DNA from: Octopus bimaculoides
Lineage: Eukaryota
NCBI RefSeq assembly: GCF_001194135.2
Contig: NC_068983.1
Location: 118,818,431 to 118,882,430 of the forward strand
Direction of reading: 5' to 3'
Length of the DNA: 64,000 nt
The first letter of the stretch is position 1; each line of letters opens with the position of its first letter. The translations under genes and the position numbers were made by a program. Positions 1 to 13,709 of this stretch are shown here, one piece after another. The notes below the pieces were generated by a model. It made no database searches and had not been told where the DNA came from. It saw nothing but the letters and a program-made list of their open reading frames with translations.

Positions 1-1049
1 ATATATATATATATATATATATATACGTACATACACGCACAGTAGCATACATTATATTATATAATCACGATATACAAAACCAATGTCAATTACTATACGT
101 TTAAAATAGCATGTTCGTAGTAAGATATATATATGTTGTATCGTGTATGTGTGTGTGTGTGTGAGTGTGCGTGTGAATTAATAGAGTTTATAGATCAACT
201 GTAAGAGCCTTGCAGTAGTCGTTTCGGTTATTTTCGTTCTGAACGGAAATCCTACAATGAGTTTTATTCTTTCAGTTTGAATAAATATAGTATCAATCTC
301 CGGCAATGAAATGACGGAAATGTCTGTCACGGCATCGACCCGTAGTGCCTTGCTATATCTCCTCTGGTCTTTGCATTCTGAGTTCAGTTTCCACTCTTGC
401 CGATGGCCAAGTATAATTGCCCAGTTACGGTAGCGCTGCAATAAGTCACCATGGAATGTAGACCTACAACCACTCAAGATAAGGCTGTAACAACATGCTG
501 AAGCCATCATCTAACTGTGGATCGATGACGGCTGAATGTAAAGGAAAATATTATTACGTATGATCTTTTGCATGATCTGTAAAGTAAAACTCAGATAAGT
601 GTTTTAATAAAGCTTCAATTCCGAGTCAAAAGCTATACACTTTAATTGCTATATCGAGTGTCTGTCTTGCTCTTGCAACTATAACCATTCACAGAGCTAT
701 ATATTTCGACCTATATAGTTCGAGTACTAACCCCAGATGGAATTACAAAATTTGAACATGAAACAGTCTGTCAAGAATGTTCTATCACTACTCCCTCTCT
801 CACACCAAGCAGTGTATTGTATTTTATTGAAAAGATCGAAGATCTAATCAAGATAGAAAAGATATTCCACCGTTAAGGAGAATATTGCTGGCACCAAAGA
901 AAACAGATGTAGACAGAACAAAAGAGTGAATGACTTATAGTCTGATTTGAATAGGATGCAAAGGGTTTTAAGAAAATCACTCAAAAAACTATTTAAAGAC
1001 ATGGTACTCAAAGATTTAACAAGATCTGAAGATTCTAAACACGTCAATT

Positions 1050-1330
1050 TTTCTACAGCCAACAAAAAGCACGTACAAAACTGATAACTACTCATACCAT
1101 ACACACCTTTCTTACAATAAGAAAACCGAGCTTAGTACTTATAATAATATTAATTTAAAAGCAAAAGACATAAATACCAGCCTAAAACAGACCGTAGTGT
1201 AGAATTTTGAGCGTTATATAAACCATATATTACCTTTAAAGATCACATATATTTTATTGTTGTCAATCCCAAATTCAGATTATTGAATGCAGGCAAATAT
1301 GGATTAAATAAGGGCCAACAAAAATATTTT
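1050..1330 (+). mobile_element. Highly decayed Penelope-like element remnant (C-terminal/GIY-YIG region)
   Basis: Manual translation gives HLSYNKKTELSTYNNINLKAKDINTSLK, resembling the STELSKYIWxLKxKxINY motif of Penelope-like ORFs; many stops. Confidence 0.3.
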
Positions 1331-1453
1331 GGACACCATGATTTTAAACTGGTCCCGTCATCCCTGTTGTGGTACAACATTTCATCTGTTATCCTGAGTC
1401 AGGAGGTTTCAACTCAGGTTGAGGATTCAGACATTAATATGAGTTATTATGAT

Positions 1454-1625
1454 AAAGGAGGCGAGCTGGCAGAATTGTTAGCACGCCGGATAAAATGCTT
1501 CGTAACATTTTATCCGTCTATGTTCTGAGATCAAATTCTACCGAGGTCGACTTTGCCTTTCATCCTCTTGGGGTCGAAAAAAATAAATGCTAGTTGAGCC
1601 TATAGTAGAAAGAAATATTAATTAG
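1454..1625 (+). mobile_element. SINE family A copy (internally deleted)
   Basis: Head AAGGAGGCGAGCTGGCAGAA, B-box-like GAGATCAAATTC and GGTCGACTTTGCCTTTCATCC shared with many copies in the window. Confidence 0.85.
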
Positions 1626-1876
1626 TATGCATACTTGGAAATCTGTGTTAATTTGTTTAGGCTTAATCATAGTATTGTTCTAGAGAACGTCTGTCAAAAC
1701 AAAAGAAAATTAGAAGTTCGTTTTAAAGTAATTTGATTATAAGATGATAGTGTGATATCAAGCTGGCGGTGTAAGTTGATTGCTATTATGTACATTTAAA
1801 AATACTTTTGACAATGATTACAGATTAAAATGTTTTTTAGGATTACATAGACAATACTTTTTTCTTAGGATATGAG

Positions 1877-1975
1877 CAGTTCCAATGTAACCGACTTAGC
1901 CCCTTCCTCGAAACTGCTGGCCTTGTGCCAAAATTTGAAACCTTTATCATCATCATCATCATCATNNNNNNNNNN

Positions 1976-2023
<48 letters not shown>

Positions 2024-2244
2024 AGGAGCGAGCTGGCAGATTCGTTAACATGCTGGACGAAGTGCTTAGCGGTATTTCGCCAGTCGCTACGTTCTGAGTT
2101 CAAATTCCACCGAGGTCGATTTTGCCTTTCATCCCTTCCGAGTCGATAAATTAAGTACCAGTTGTGTACTGGGATCGATCTAATCGACTGGCCACCTCCC
2201 AAAAAACTTCGGGCTTTATACCTAGAGTAGAAAAGATTATTATT

Positions 2245-2275
<31 letters not shown>

Positions 2276-2723
2276 AGGCGACGAGCTGGCAGAATCGTTA
2301 GCACGCCAGACAAAATGCTTAGCGGCATTTCGTCGCTCTTTACATTCTAAGTTCAAATACCACCGAAGTCGACTGTACCTTTCATACCTTCGGGGTCGAT
2401 AAAATAAGAACCAGTTGAACACTGTGGTTGATGTAATCGACTTAACCACTTTCCAGAAAATTTTGGAACCATTATTTTTATTAAGGCGACGAACTGACAG
2501 AATCGTTAGCACGCTGGATGAAATGCTTAGCGGTATTTCGTTCATCGATACGTTCTGAGTTGAAATTCCTCTGAGGTCGACTTTGCCTTTCATCCTTTCG
2601 GAGGTCGATAAATTAAGTACTAGTGAAACACTGGGGTCGATGTAATCGACTCATCCCCTTCCCCAAAGTTGCTGTCCTTGTGGCAAAATTTGAAATCATT
2701 ATTACTATTATTATTATTATTAA
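1877..2723 (+). mobile_element. Head-to-tail array of SINE family A (1 tail fragment + 3 copies starting ~2023, ~2275, ~2483)
   Basis: Repeated heads AAGG(C)G(A)CGAGCTGGCAGA directly follow (ATC)n/(ATT)n tails; B-box GAGTTCAAATTCC. Confidence 0.9.
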
Positions 2724-3479
2724 TGAAAATTTGATATGCTATTTATATTCATTATGAATGAGAATGAAACATATTGTAAAAATATATCATATACTAGTTG
2801 TACCTATATCAACTGTGTTGGAAGTTTTTAAATTAATGGCTAGTATTTGAAATCTTAAATCTCCGTATAGGATCTGTATGGCGGGTTAGATGATAAATGA
2901 CTGGCAGAAAGATTAGAAGCACTGATATCTAAATGGGTCTTTGGAGCAAAGATGATTTATTTGTAGCAAAGAAGATACTGCAGGAAGGTCACACTTCTGT
3001 TTTCTTTTGTTGAACAACTTGTAGGAGGTTAAGCTGGCTGTTAGACTATAGCATTTCATTCTCTTCCATCTTAAAACGGTTTTATATTTGTCTTCGTACA
3101 CATGTTTCATTGACTGAGAATTTAGATGAAAAAAAAAAAACATTTGTATTATGTCCATTGTATTTTGTTTTTTTCTATAATTGAGGTTTTTTTGGAAGTG
3201 TAGATGAACGTGTTTATATAATTTCCAGTGAAAAAAAATTAGATGGATAAATAGAAAAGAATTTCTATTGAGAATAAAGAAAAAGAAAATTGAATTGAAG
3301 TTCTGGAAATTTCTTTCGTTAACTGGGAAATTCAGTTAAATTAAGCCATAAAAAATTTAGACAAGATTTACAAAAGCTTACAGATTTTAGCTTGAACTAT
3401 TTCCAAGAATAAGAAATAATATGTAGAGTAAACAATATGTATTTTTTAGTTTCAAGTTTACATAAGGCATGAAAAAGGA

Positions 3480-3632
3480 GTAAAATGGGTTTGGAGATAA
3501 GGTTAAAAAATGAGGACAAGAAAAATAGTAAGAAGAATAAAAAGATTAGGATCGAATGTCTGGCTGAACTACTGTAAAGAGAGTGCTTATTAGGAACAGC
3601 AAGGATTCTGAGGGAGGTTTTAGACATCTAAG
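3480..3632 (+). mobile_element. R4/Dong-like LINE extreme C-terminal remnant
   Basis: Translation ECLLGTARILREVLDI* resembles the LLGTAxILRxVL C-terminus of RLE-type non-LTR elements. Confidence 0.45.
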
Positions 3633-3904
3633 GTTGAAAAGAACAGCTGGTTGTTTTAACTAAAGCAAAGTCGAGAACAAAGCTGTGATAACAAAATAAT
3701 AATAGTAACAGTATTAGCAGCAGCACTCTGTAACACTGTAGTCTGAGATCACCTTTATAGATGCAATGAGTTTTTAGTGAAGGTGTTCTCAGATTTTACT
3801 GTTTTGCCTGTCTTACAATTTTAACAGTTAATTGATATAATATTATAAGGACATTAAGTACATTTAGTTGCTTAAAACGAATTTATATTGCTGATTTTTT
3901 TTAA

Positions 3905-4021
3905 TGTTGGTACAAGACCACACATTTGGATAGGAGGTGTATAGTCAATTTAACTGACCTAAATTTCACTGAATAGATGAAAGCAAACTTGACTCCAGCA
4001 AAGCTTGAACTCAGAATGTAG
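3905..4021 (-). mobile_element. Degenerate SINE family A fragment
   Basis: GATGAAAGCAAACTTGACTCCAGCAAAGCTTGAACTCAGAATGTA matches the reverse complement of the family A core. Confidence 0.55.
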
Positions 4022-7000
4022 TACCATGAAACTGAATAAAGTTTTTAGTTTAGTTCTATACAATCCCTAGCATCATTACTGCATTCAATAAAATTGAAAA
4101 TAATACTTAGTATTTTAGTTTTCCTAGATGTAACTAACTCCAAGAGGTTAAATCTGTGAATGTGACACAGCTTATACATATATGCATGTGTAAATGTAAA
4201 CACCCCGCTTCCCTTCGTATATATATAGTTATATATATATATATATATATATATATTCATATATCAATGTAATGTAAATAAAAAGTAACATTAAAACGAC
4301 TGGGAAATAACACTACTATGAATAAGGTGTTAGTTTAATGTTTAAATGGATGGAAAAGAATTTCTTTGAGATTCAGATGTACATTATATATTATGGAGCT
4401 GTTGGGAGAGGTACGTGTACAGAATGAAGGTCTTTGTTCCCTGTTTGCAGAAAAAAGTGGAGCATGGAAATGCTAACAGAAGTGATTGTTTAATGAAGAG
4501 ACTGTATGGAGAAAAGGGAGAGAGAGAAATGGGGAAGGCAAACTAATTCCAAATTGGGAACTTATTACATTTAATGTTTATCGACAACTTACTTCCGACT
4601 TTATTTTTTCACTTAACTACTAACGAAACCTTGCAAAAACAGATGAGATTACATCTTCAGGTTAGATCTAATGATGCAATAAAATAAAGTGTTCCCTTTA
4701 GATGTCTAAAGATTTGTCTATAGTAAATTTGAACTCGCTAACCATGTACCCGTAGTTCAATATCTTATCGATTCGGTTCTTTTTCTCCTTATATGGAAAA
4801 CAATTGAGTATGTACAGCATATTGTAGAGACAGGATAGTAACTAATTAAGTTGTCTAATATAAAGCGTTTACACAATATGAATATTGAATACAATAACGA
4901 TTATGAAAACCGTGTTTTAGTTATCCACCTCACCCCTTCTCCCCACACGCACAAAAAGAAAGGATCAAAGGCAAAGTTGACCTCAGTGAGACTCTGAGTT
5001 TAGGTTGTGAAGAACCAGAGTAAATCCCGATCGAATTCTATCTAACATTTAAACGGTGCTGCCATCTCGTCTCCTTCCTTTCCTATAAACAATACAAGTA
5101 AAAAAGCAAAGGAGTAAAACAATAACAAAGTATAAATAATAACAAGCAAATAAAGTAGCACTTTTCTCCCTGGGAAATACAGAACTCCATATCTTTCCAA
5201 TTTTCAAGTGAGAATTATAGATGAGAAAGTCAATGAGTCAGTGCCTCTTGTACTGTTACCAACACTTGTCACTGTCTCTCCCTATGTAGTTGTACGTATT
5301 ACCACATCTTTGTAAAATTGACTAGTACTTGTTAGCTGTCATTCTAATCTTGAGATGTATTAGCTCCGTTAAGTAAATTTGCTTGAGATATACTATATAA
5401 AAGAAAAAAAAACTTCTGTTGTACACAATAGATTATCAGAAGTATAATCATTACAAGATATAACAAATATCTTATTATCAGCATTAACTCAACTATCACA
5501 TACTTTCAAATCCTACGTTAAATTTCGTTTACCTTTAACGCTTGAGTGTAATTTCTGCGAGTCAAGAGACTAACATATATCTCATAAATTCTTTTTCTCT
5601 TCATCACTCTCGCTGGCATATGGGACAGCAGTTTAAATATTTCCGTGTCAAAAAAGTATTACACAACAAATATGTTACTCTGATCAAAGATCGTCGAGAT
5701 TTTGATGACACAAAGAAAACTATATTTGTCGAGAATTCCGGGAAAAAAAAATCTGTTAAAAGTAGAATCAAACTGAAATGTCATTTCAGTGCAGGAAAAT
5801 AGCACGACAGTTAAATTTAGAGAAAGGAAATATAATAATTTATAATAGTTGTAAGTAAGGGAGTGTTTCATCAAAGGAAGAATTAGGATTGGGTGACTTT
5901 AAAAAAAATACTTGTCACCGAAGAAAAATATAATGAGTAACTCAGAACACGATCATTACTGGAACTTCCAGTATAAACATGATAAAGTACTTGAACCTGT
6001 CAGGCAAATTGGTAAACCAAGTGTTGTGTAGTTAAAGAGAATTCCAAAGTAAACCACTCTTTTAAGGTACAGTTTAGATAATTTCGTTTTCTGTACTGAA
6101 GCAGAAGTTCACTTCCAAAGAACTATGGCTCTCTTCGTTTATTAGGAGTAGAAACTATTGAAAATATTGTGTTTTCTGTAAAAACACAATTGATACGTTT
6201 TGTGTTATTAAAATTTTCGTAGAAATCTTAGAACAAAACCTATCTTAAAACACATTTTTTTTCTAACTTTGCCTCCTCAGAAATTCTATTTTTAACCGTT
6301 AAATACTTTACGGTTATAAAGTAGTAGGCGGCCTCCGTCGGAAGAGGAAAGTAGGGGTTGTGTTTGTTTGATGACGTTCGGTAGCTACAGAGCTGAAAAA
6401 GTCAATAATTCATGAAATAGAGGGCAGTTCTGTTGTGTTATATTTCTCAGAACTGGGGGTGTATGTAATGTAATCGACGTTTATAACGATGAAGAATATG
6501 TTTTAAAAGTCCTTATTTTACTTTTTATCTGGTTCACATATTTTTTTTTTTACAATCTCATCAAATAAATAATTTTGTTAGTTTATTGCTTCTACTTACT
6601 GTTTCAATCCCACGTGGTATCTGATGGCTTAATAGAAAATAAACTTAGCGCAGCTCTGGAGCATATAAGTAAAACAAAGTGAATGGATCTCCTTTGGTTT
6701 CGACGATGAGTATGCCGGTTATTGGATCAACTGAACTACCTGCTCATTGTAATAACGAGTAAGTGGCTGAGTAATTCCACAGACATTTGTACTCATAACG
6801 TAATGTTAAAATTAAATCAACGTGACACACTTTGTGATAGGTGGCTCCTTGAACGACAGGTACAGTCCATCCAATGGACTTTTATACAGCTTTCATCTAC
6901 CCAATTTCAGTCACAAAGTTTGACTTAACCCAGGATTGTGGTAGAAGAGTTTTACTCAAGATGTCATGTAAAAAGATCGAACTAGAGATCTCAAGATTGC

Positions 7001-7136
7001 AAAGCGAACCTTTTAACCACTCAGAAATTGAAGAGACAAAACTAAATATTCTTCAACACTATCACTTCATCACCATAACGTAAATAAGAATGAAGTGTAG
7101 CATTTTAAAATTTAGATTTTAGAATTATGTTAAAAT

Positions 7137-7319
7137 TTTGGCACAAGGCCAGCAGTTTTGGAGGGGGGGTAAGTCAATTACATCAACTCCAGTATTTGTC
7201 TAAGACTAATTTTATCGACCCCGAAAAGATAAAAGGTAAAGTCGACCATGGCAGAATTTGAGCTCAGAAAAAAAAAGAAAGACGAAATGCTAAACGGCAT
7301 TGCCAGCTCGCCGCCTTAG
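7137..7319 (-). mobile_element. SINE family A copy with 13-bp TSD
   Basis: Ends GCCAGCTCGCCGCCTTA; flanked by ATTATGTTAAAAT at 7124-7136 and 7320-7332. Confidence 0.9.
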
Positions 7320-7349
7320 ATTATGTTAAAATAATAATTTCTTTGTTAT

Positions 7350-8750
7350 GACATCAGCAAAATGTCCGATTAGGTCCGGCACAAGAAGCTCCTAAATCGT
7401 TTACTTATGAAGTCTTTCCATTTCTCATCTATTGGATGTGAAATAGCTTAATTGCTGCTTGATTCGGTAGAGGTATTTCTAACAGATATTCTCCCAACTC
7501 AGATATACTTTAGGATTCAATTATACTTCTCACATTTTTTCCTTTTGTACATTATTAAACATCTCACTAACACTTCTAACAATGTACTCTCTCTAACTCA
7601 TTAACTTAGCTTAATCATACATCATTCACACGAAACTAGACATCTCGCACTAGATATACACTGCTTACATATATATAAATACTCTTAAAGCATCTTCCAG
7701 TAGAGACACAACAATATAATCTTCTTTATCAACACTCGGACACAATCGCTGTACCTATCGAGGAAACAGCTTTTCACTACGCATCATCTACTATTGAAAA
7801 TGCATAAATGAATAGTTAAATACCTCAAAGTCATTACAAGTGCTCGGTGACACATTCTCTTATAATCTCTCATGGTAACCTCGCATATAATTCCATTGTT
7901 AATACTGTATCTCAAATATAAGGCTTTCATTTGTGGACCAGAAACACTTTAGCTTTAATTAATTCTATAAAGTTAAAACGTAACTCACATTGGAGAACAA
8001 TTTTGCATATAAAGTGAATCGTCGCTGCTGCTACATATATAACTATTCTAAAATTATCCCTGATAAAAAGACCATCCAGTAGACTGCCGCAAGCACTGTC
8101 CCACACGAGCACCGTTTCTTCAGTCTCTTGTATTTATTCTGAAATAGCTTTTCCTCCTCTGAAATACGAAACCTCTTGCCACCTCAAATTATGTCCACCT
8201 GATGTACCCGTCTTCATCGTACCTTCAGTGGCTCACTCTTAAGGTCTTTGAGGAAAAATATTTAAAAACAAACAGAATAAAAAAAGAGCATTACTCATTC
8301 CATTCTTACCATAACTACAACCCTTTCGAATTCCCTCTCTTTCTTGCATTTTTTTAATAAGATTTAACTTACAGAAATCCAAACTAAACATCAACCAACG
8401 CATCGACCTCAGCAGATTGAGAGGTCCTGCAGAGATCATGGGCGCCGTCGCCTCTCCTCCGACTAAATAATAATAAAGAAAAATATTACTTCCTCCGGTG
8501 ATATTTAGTACCATAAAATTACCTGGGAATATGTGAAGATTTATTTTATAGTATGGTGTATGACTGTTATGAAGCAGCTCTGGATACAATAACATCTACT
8601 AGAGTAAAGAAAACTTATTTAAAAAAAGCAGAGAAAAAAAAGCGACTATTGCGCGCTTGCACCTGGGATGAAAACAGCCAGAAGACAGTGACGTCATGTC
8701 TATCAATTATTTATCAGTTATTTTTCTGTTTCAAGGCTCCTGCTTAGAAT
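7350..8750 (-). mobile_element. Ancient L1/Tx1-like LINE ORF2 3' remnant
   Basis: ORFs 8239-8595 and 7927-8112 share one frame broken by 3 stops. IFLYYYLVGG...LRSM...DFCKLNLIK resembles the post-RT FxYLWGG...GGLxxxDF region, and YVAAATIHFICK resembles the C-terminal segment. Confidence 0.45.
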
Positions 8751-9280
8751 TATTGCCGTACATACATACATACATACATACATACATGATACAATGTGTA
8801 CATATATATATATTTCAACAGCTTGCACAGGGGGATATTTCTTATATCATCAGTCGTTTGAGGATCACAATTTTCAGTACCTTGCATCAGCATCACTCGC
8901 TCCAGCAGTGTCGCTTACTATCGATGTTACCAAGGAATGTTCGAGATTCTTTTGGCTCACATCATAGTATACTCACTCTTAATCTTATCCATGTACCTGC
9001 CAGATCAACAACGCAGCGACAATCTGTTTTAATACTCACTGAAGATTTGTACATCGCTCTCAGCTTTGGTCTTTCATCCCCACCCTCTCTCTCATTCGTT
9101 CTCACACACACACTCACACACACACACGCACACTCACTCTCACGCACGTAGAATGACATCATCAAAGAGGTGAATCTAAGAAACGCTTTCATTAATCCAT
9201 CAAAGTGATGCCTTTATTCAACATCTAACCTAACAACTGAAAAAACGTGGCTGAAGACAGTTATTAGTTGAAAGCATATA

Positions 9281-9497
9281 CGATGGGGTGCTGAAAAGTT
9301 CCTGGCTTTAAGGGTATCAAGAAAGGCCTGGTTGGAGGTCCAACATCTCGAGTTCTTTTACAGGGCTTAGAAAAACTGAAGGACCGCTACAATAAGTGTG
9401 TGAATCTGAGAGGGAAATACGTTGAATAAAATCATAATCAACTCATCCTCCTGTATTTCTTTTTACCCAAAGCCAGGAACTTTTCAACACACTCTCG
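9281..9497 (+). mobile_element. Mariner-derived MITE / internal deletion derivative
   Basis: TIRs CGATGGGGTGCTGAAAAGTTCCTGGCTTT and AAAGCCAGGAACTTTTCAACACACTCTCG; TA on the left; interior encodes the transposase C-terminus GLEKLKDRYNKCVNLRGKYVE*. Confidence 0.85.
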
Positions 9498-12400
9498 TTG
9501 AAACGAACACACACACAAACACACGCAGGTACGCACATGCACACACACACACACACACACACAAACGCACGCAGGTACGCACATGCACACACACACACAC
9601 ACAGACACACACACAATAAAGACGATCAACTTGCAGAGTTGTCAGAGTGTTAGGTAGAATGCTTTGTGGTATTTGTAACTCCCAAGTCAATGACCGTTTT
9701 ATTTGTTTTCGCAGAAACTTCATCTATTCCCTAAAATACTTATTGTATGTGGAGGGCTGGAAAACTACCTAATTATTTAAGGGAACACTTGTTAGAGGTA
9801 CATCATTGAATTATTCAAGCCTGTAGTCCGTTATTACAATTCTTCAGGCCACAGCTCTCTGCATGTTGACGATTATGGAATTTAACATTAATATTGAGTT
9901 CCTGTTCTTCGATTGTATCGTGAACATCAATTTTCCATTTAAGCACAGGTAGCTTGGCGGCCTTCCCTCTGAACACATTGTTTTCCTTCCATTAAATTCC
10001 TTGCACACAATGAAAAATTCCCTTGCATCTCACATCCTGTTTCCAATCACACACACACACACACACACCCATATCCCCCACACACCCCCACAAAGAATGC
10101 GGTCGACAACACTAACACACACATCCATATACTATATATCCACCACACAGTCATGCATTATTGCACTCTGTTCACATAGCATACATTGCACAAAAAGACC
10201 TCATTCACTTCTGTTACTCACTCATATACAAATATTCACACCTACTTCTACACTAGTTGACTCTTACATTAAAGGCTTACGTACGTTTATTTCCCTTACC
10301 TTCCTCATTTCTAACTCGTTTGATGTAAAAATGCAATTCTGAACACTTCCGCCCTATTCACTTACTTTCTGTCATTCACCATGCAGCGTGACTGAAATCA
10401 ACACCAGCTTACATTTAACATTCTCTTATTTCCGTTTCTCCATTTTTACCTTGACGACGGATCACAGTACGAAGCGTAGAATTCACCTGTTTCTTCCTCA
10501 CAGCGTAATTATATTGAAGTTGTTTACTGTGCTGTTTTTTGTTCATCTTGTTTTTCTTGTGATTCTACATGAATATTGTGTATATATGTATGTATGTGTG
10601 TGCGTTAGAGAGATGAGAGAGAGAGTGTGTGTGTGTGTTTGTTTGTGCGTGCGCGTGTGAGTGTATGTATTCCTTAAGAGCACTATTGCTTCCAAAACCT
10701 TTTAGAGAGAACTGAATATGGTCCCCATGACCTTTAAATGATCAGATTGAAAATGTTAAGATTTTTAGATAAGAACTAATAATGGGGATAACTTGGAAAG
10801 ATAAATAAACACATAAATGCACTCTTTCCGCCAAATAAGAACTTTAAAATCCGTACTAGGCTGTCGTATTATGAATTGGAACGAAAGATAAGTATAAGAC
10901 TGAATACAAATGCCCCTCTATTGCAAGTCATAATCTCAGATAATCTTGTACCTGTTTCGGACAGACAGCTACGTGATCTGAGTTAGTATAGGGTACAAAT
11001 CTTCTCGAAATTACTATGTAATTCTAGCAGTAGATTTCAACTCTTAATCTTAGAGAAGATAGCCTATTATCTTATCGACACTGTCAATTAATTTCTACAA
11101 GCTGAGGAAGAAAGTTGTATGTGAGCTATTGATGATGATTCATTTTACTTAAGCACATACAATCACACATACTTACTTCTGTCTATATGTATATATACAT
11201 ATAGATAGACAGACAAACAAACAAACGAACAGGCAGACAGATAGTTATATTAGCTGCATGTTACACAGAGATCCAAAACGTGACAACGAAATTGCAGAGG
11301 GAGTTTAAAAGTCATGAACATCTTTCAGAAAGTTACAATTGTCCTTATAGTCTCAACGATATATGAAAAGTAGTATGAAATATCTATTTGCAGAACAAGT
11401 ATTCTGTCTTGCTGAATCATAACCTGATGAAAGAACATGCCTGACAGTCTTGTAAGAAATGCTGAAAGGAAACATGTCTGTACACAATTCTAGCTATCAA
11501 GATTCTGGATTGCGTTTAACTGAGAGGAGACATTTACATAATAGTTGTGGTGAAAGCGGCAGATCATAAGCAAGGCCCCAAAACTCTTACCTGTGATTAA
11601 ACGTAGACTAAATGTATCGACTGAATATTTTACACCCCATGAACATTGTGTTTCGCAGAAGAATGATTCGGAAGCACTGATATGAATCTCAACTGAATTG
11701 TGAGATCTACAGTGCAGAAATATCTCTGTTCAATGTGTCAAAGAGAAGACCTCTATATAAACATTTTGGTTTACGTGAAATTTCCTCCATATTTCTCTCA
11801 AATCGTACACTATCGTCTTGAATAAAGAAGACTACATTAGACAAAGTAGTCCACAATGGTATCGTTGCAACTAAAACGCTGCCTGTAATCAAACATGAGC
11901 GCATTTGTGTATGTCTGTTAAATGACAATATTAGTTTGTGGATACAACGATCGCTTATTACAATGCTTTTTTTTTGTGAGTGTGTGAAATCATGGAGAGT
12001 TATGGTCATGTATCATAAAATACTGTAGGATAAATGAACAAACAGGCGTGGATAGATTTGTTTACATAATCAGATATCTTGTTAAGCAGTCTGATTATGG
12101 AAACTGTTGACGCTACCGACCAATAAGATGGAAGAGAAAGAGGTTAATAAAGAAGTGGAAAGAGGAAGCTATGTTGTGGCAAAAAAAGGCATGCGTACAG
12201 ACAAAAAGACAAACAGACGAACTGAGAAAGAAGAAAATAAAAATATAATCAAAGACAAAATGAATGATAGTTATAAAGTAGAGTATGAAGAATATGTGAA
12301 GACGTACATGGTTTCGGTCATTAAGCACCGAATATGTAAAAATTATGGTTTAGACGAATAAAATGTTACACAGACACACTACCTCTCCCTCTTCCCCTTC

Positions 12401-12580
12401 TCTCTTCCTCTCTCGTATTTGCTAGTATTTGCGTACATCACTTCGTGCATCTATGTCTGTGTAACTCCTCAAAGTTTTAATTCCTTCAAGGGAAGTATAA
12501 TTCCGGTTGGGAATTGAAATCACATTACTGATTCAATTGGCAGAGAATGTTTCAACGAATGACACGAAACATAACCTAAC

Positions 12581-12630
12581 AGAAGAAGAAGAAGAAGAAG
12601 AAGAAGAAGAAGAAGAAGAAGAAGAAGAAG
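12581..12630. repeat. (GAA)n microsatellite
   Basis: Direct reading. Confidence 0.95.
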
Positions 12631-13126
12631 GTAGCAACTATGCGATCTCTTTGTTAGAAATAGCGGTCTAATCTACAAATCGCACTAAATGTCTTAAATA
12701 AACAAAAAAGGTTGGTGCAAATACGTAACCCCCAAAACGTTATGCCCGAAAAAAATAATGGGATGATCAGCAATAATACTCTCGATGATGAATCAACCAA
12801 ATGAAGGTGTCCTTGTGTTAAATAACAAGAATAGCAACAACAGATTCTGTAATAAAAGTGTATTCGATTTAGTTAATTTCTACTTCGTGACTGATATTTA
12901 TCCAATCAATCCTGGCTATATGGAATTCAGACTTGAACCTAGTAGGATTTGAACTTGCAACCCGAGCTGTCGAAACTGGATACTGCAGATATTAGTTAGT
13001 TCACTGATTTTGTCATCTATTGCCTCAATGCTAATTGTTCCTAATTTAGAAGGAAGCCCAGTAGTCTTTTGGTGTTGAGAATGGAATCGATCAAATCAAT
13101 TTTCATTCGAATATTGACACCATAAG

Positions 13127-13482
13127 AAGGCGGCGAGCTGACAGAATCGTTAGCGTGTCGGACAAAATGCTTGGTGACATTTCATTCGACTTTGCTTTTC
13201 TTCCCTTTCAGGATCGATTAAAACTGAGTATCAGTCGAGCGCTGGGGTCGATGTAATGGACGACCAAGCAGCTCCTCTAAAATTACTGACCAGCTTCTGT
13301 CAAAATTAGAGACATTTCTACCAGATTTTTATGTTCTGAATTTAAATCTCACTGTGATCAACTTTGCCTTTCATCGTTTCAGGGTCAATAACATAATGTA
13401 CTAGTCAAATACTGGGGTCGGTGTAATCGACTTGCCCCTTTTACTCAAAATTGCAGGCCTTGTGACAACATTAGAAGGAATT
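13127..13482 (+). mobile_element. Two fused partial SINE family A copies
   Basis: Head AAGGCGGCGAGCTGACAGAATCG at 13127; second core TTCTGAATTTAAATC...CTTTGCCTTTCATC followed by a tail. Confidence 0.8.
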
Positions 13483-13505
13483 ATAACATTGGTACTAAGA
13501 GTGGT

Positions 13506-13708
13506 GAATTCTTTTCTACTTTAGGCACAAGGCCCGAAATTTTGAGGGGGAGGAGCCAGTCGATTAGATCGAACCCAGCACGCAACTGGTACTTAATTTG
13601 TCGACCCGAAAGGATGAAAGGCAAAATCGACCTCTGCGGAATTTGAACTGAGAACGTAAAGACAGACGAAATACCGCTAAGCATTTCACCCGGCGTGCTA
13701 ACTTTTCT
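13506..13708 (-). mobile_element. SINE family A copy (5' truncated)
   Basis: High similarity to the reverse complement of other family A copies. Confidence 0.9.
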
Positions 13709-13709
13709 T

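Noticed and set aside
1877-2723. Regularly spaced repeats as a CRISPR-like array
   Set aside because: The units are ~200-bp SINEs found dispersed elsewhere in the window, with no unique spacers.
6320-6400. CpG-containing patch as a possible housekeeping promoter
   Set aside because: Too short, with no downstream exon support.
8372-8522. Apparent spliced exon on the minus strand (CAG acceptor, open frame, GTAAGT donor)
   Set aside because: The same frame continues on both sides with scattered stops and LINE-like motifs; better explained as a fossil LINE ORF2.
9251-9275. CTGAAGA cagttattagtt GAAA next to the mariner MITE
   Set aside because: Stem II relies on wobble pairs and there is no stem III or cleavage site.
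11424-11480. CTGATGA ... GAAACATGTC as a hammerhead
   Set aside because: No credible stem II or stem I pairing.
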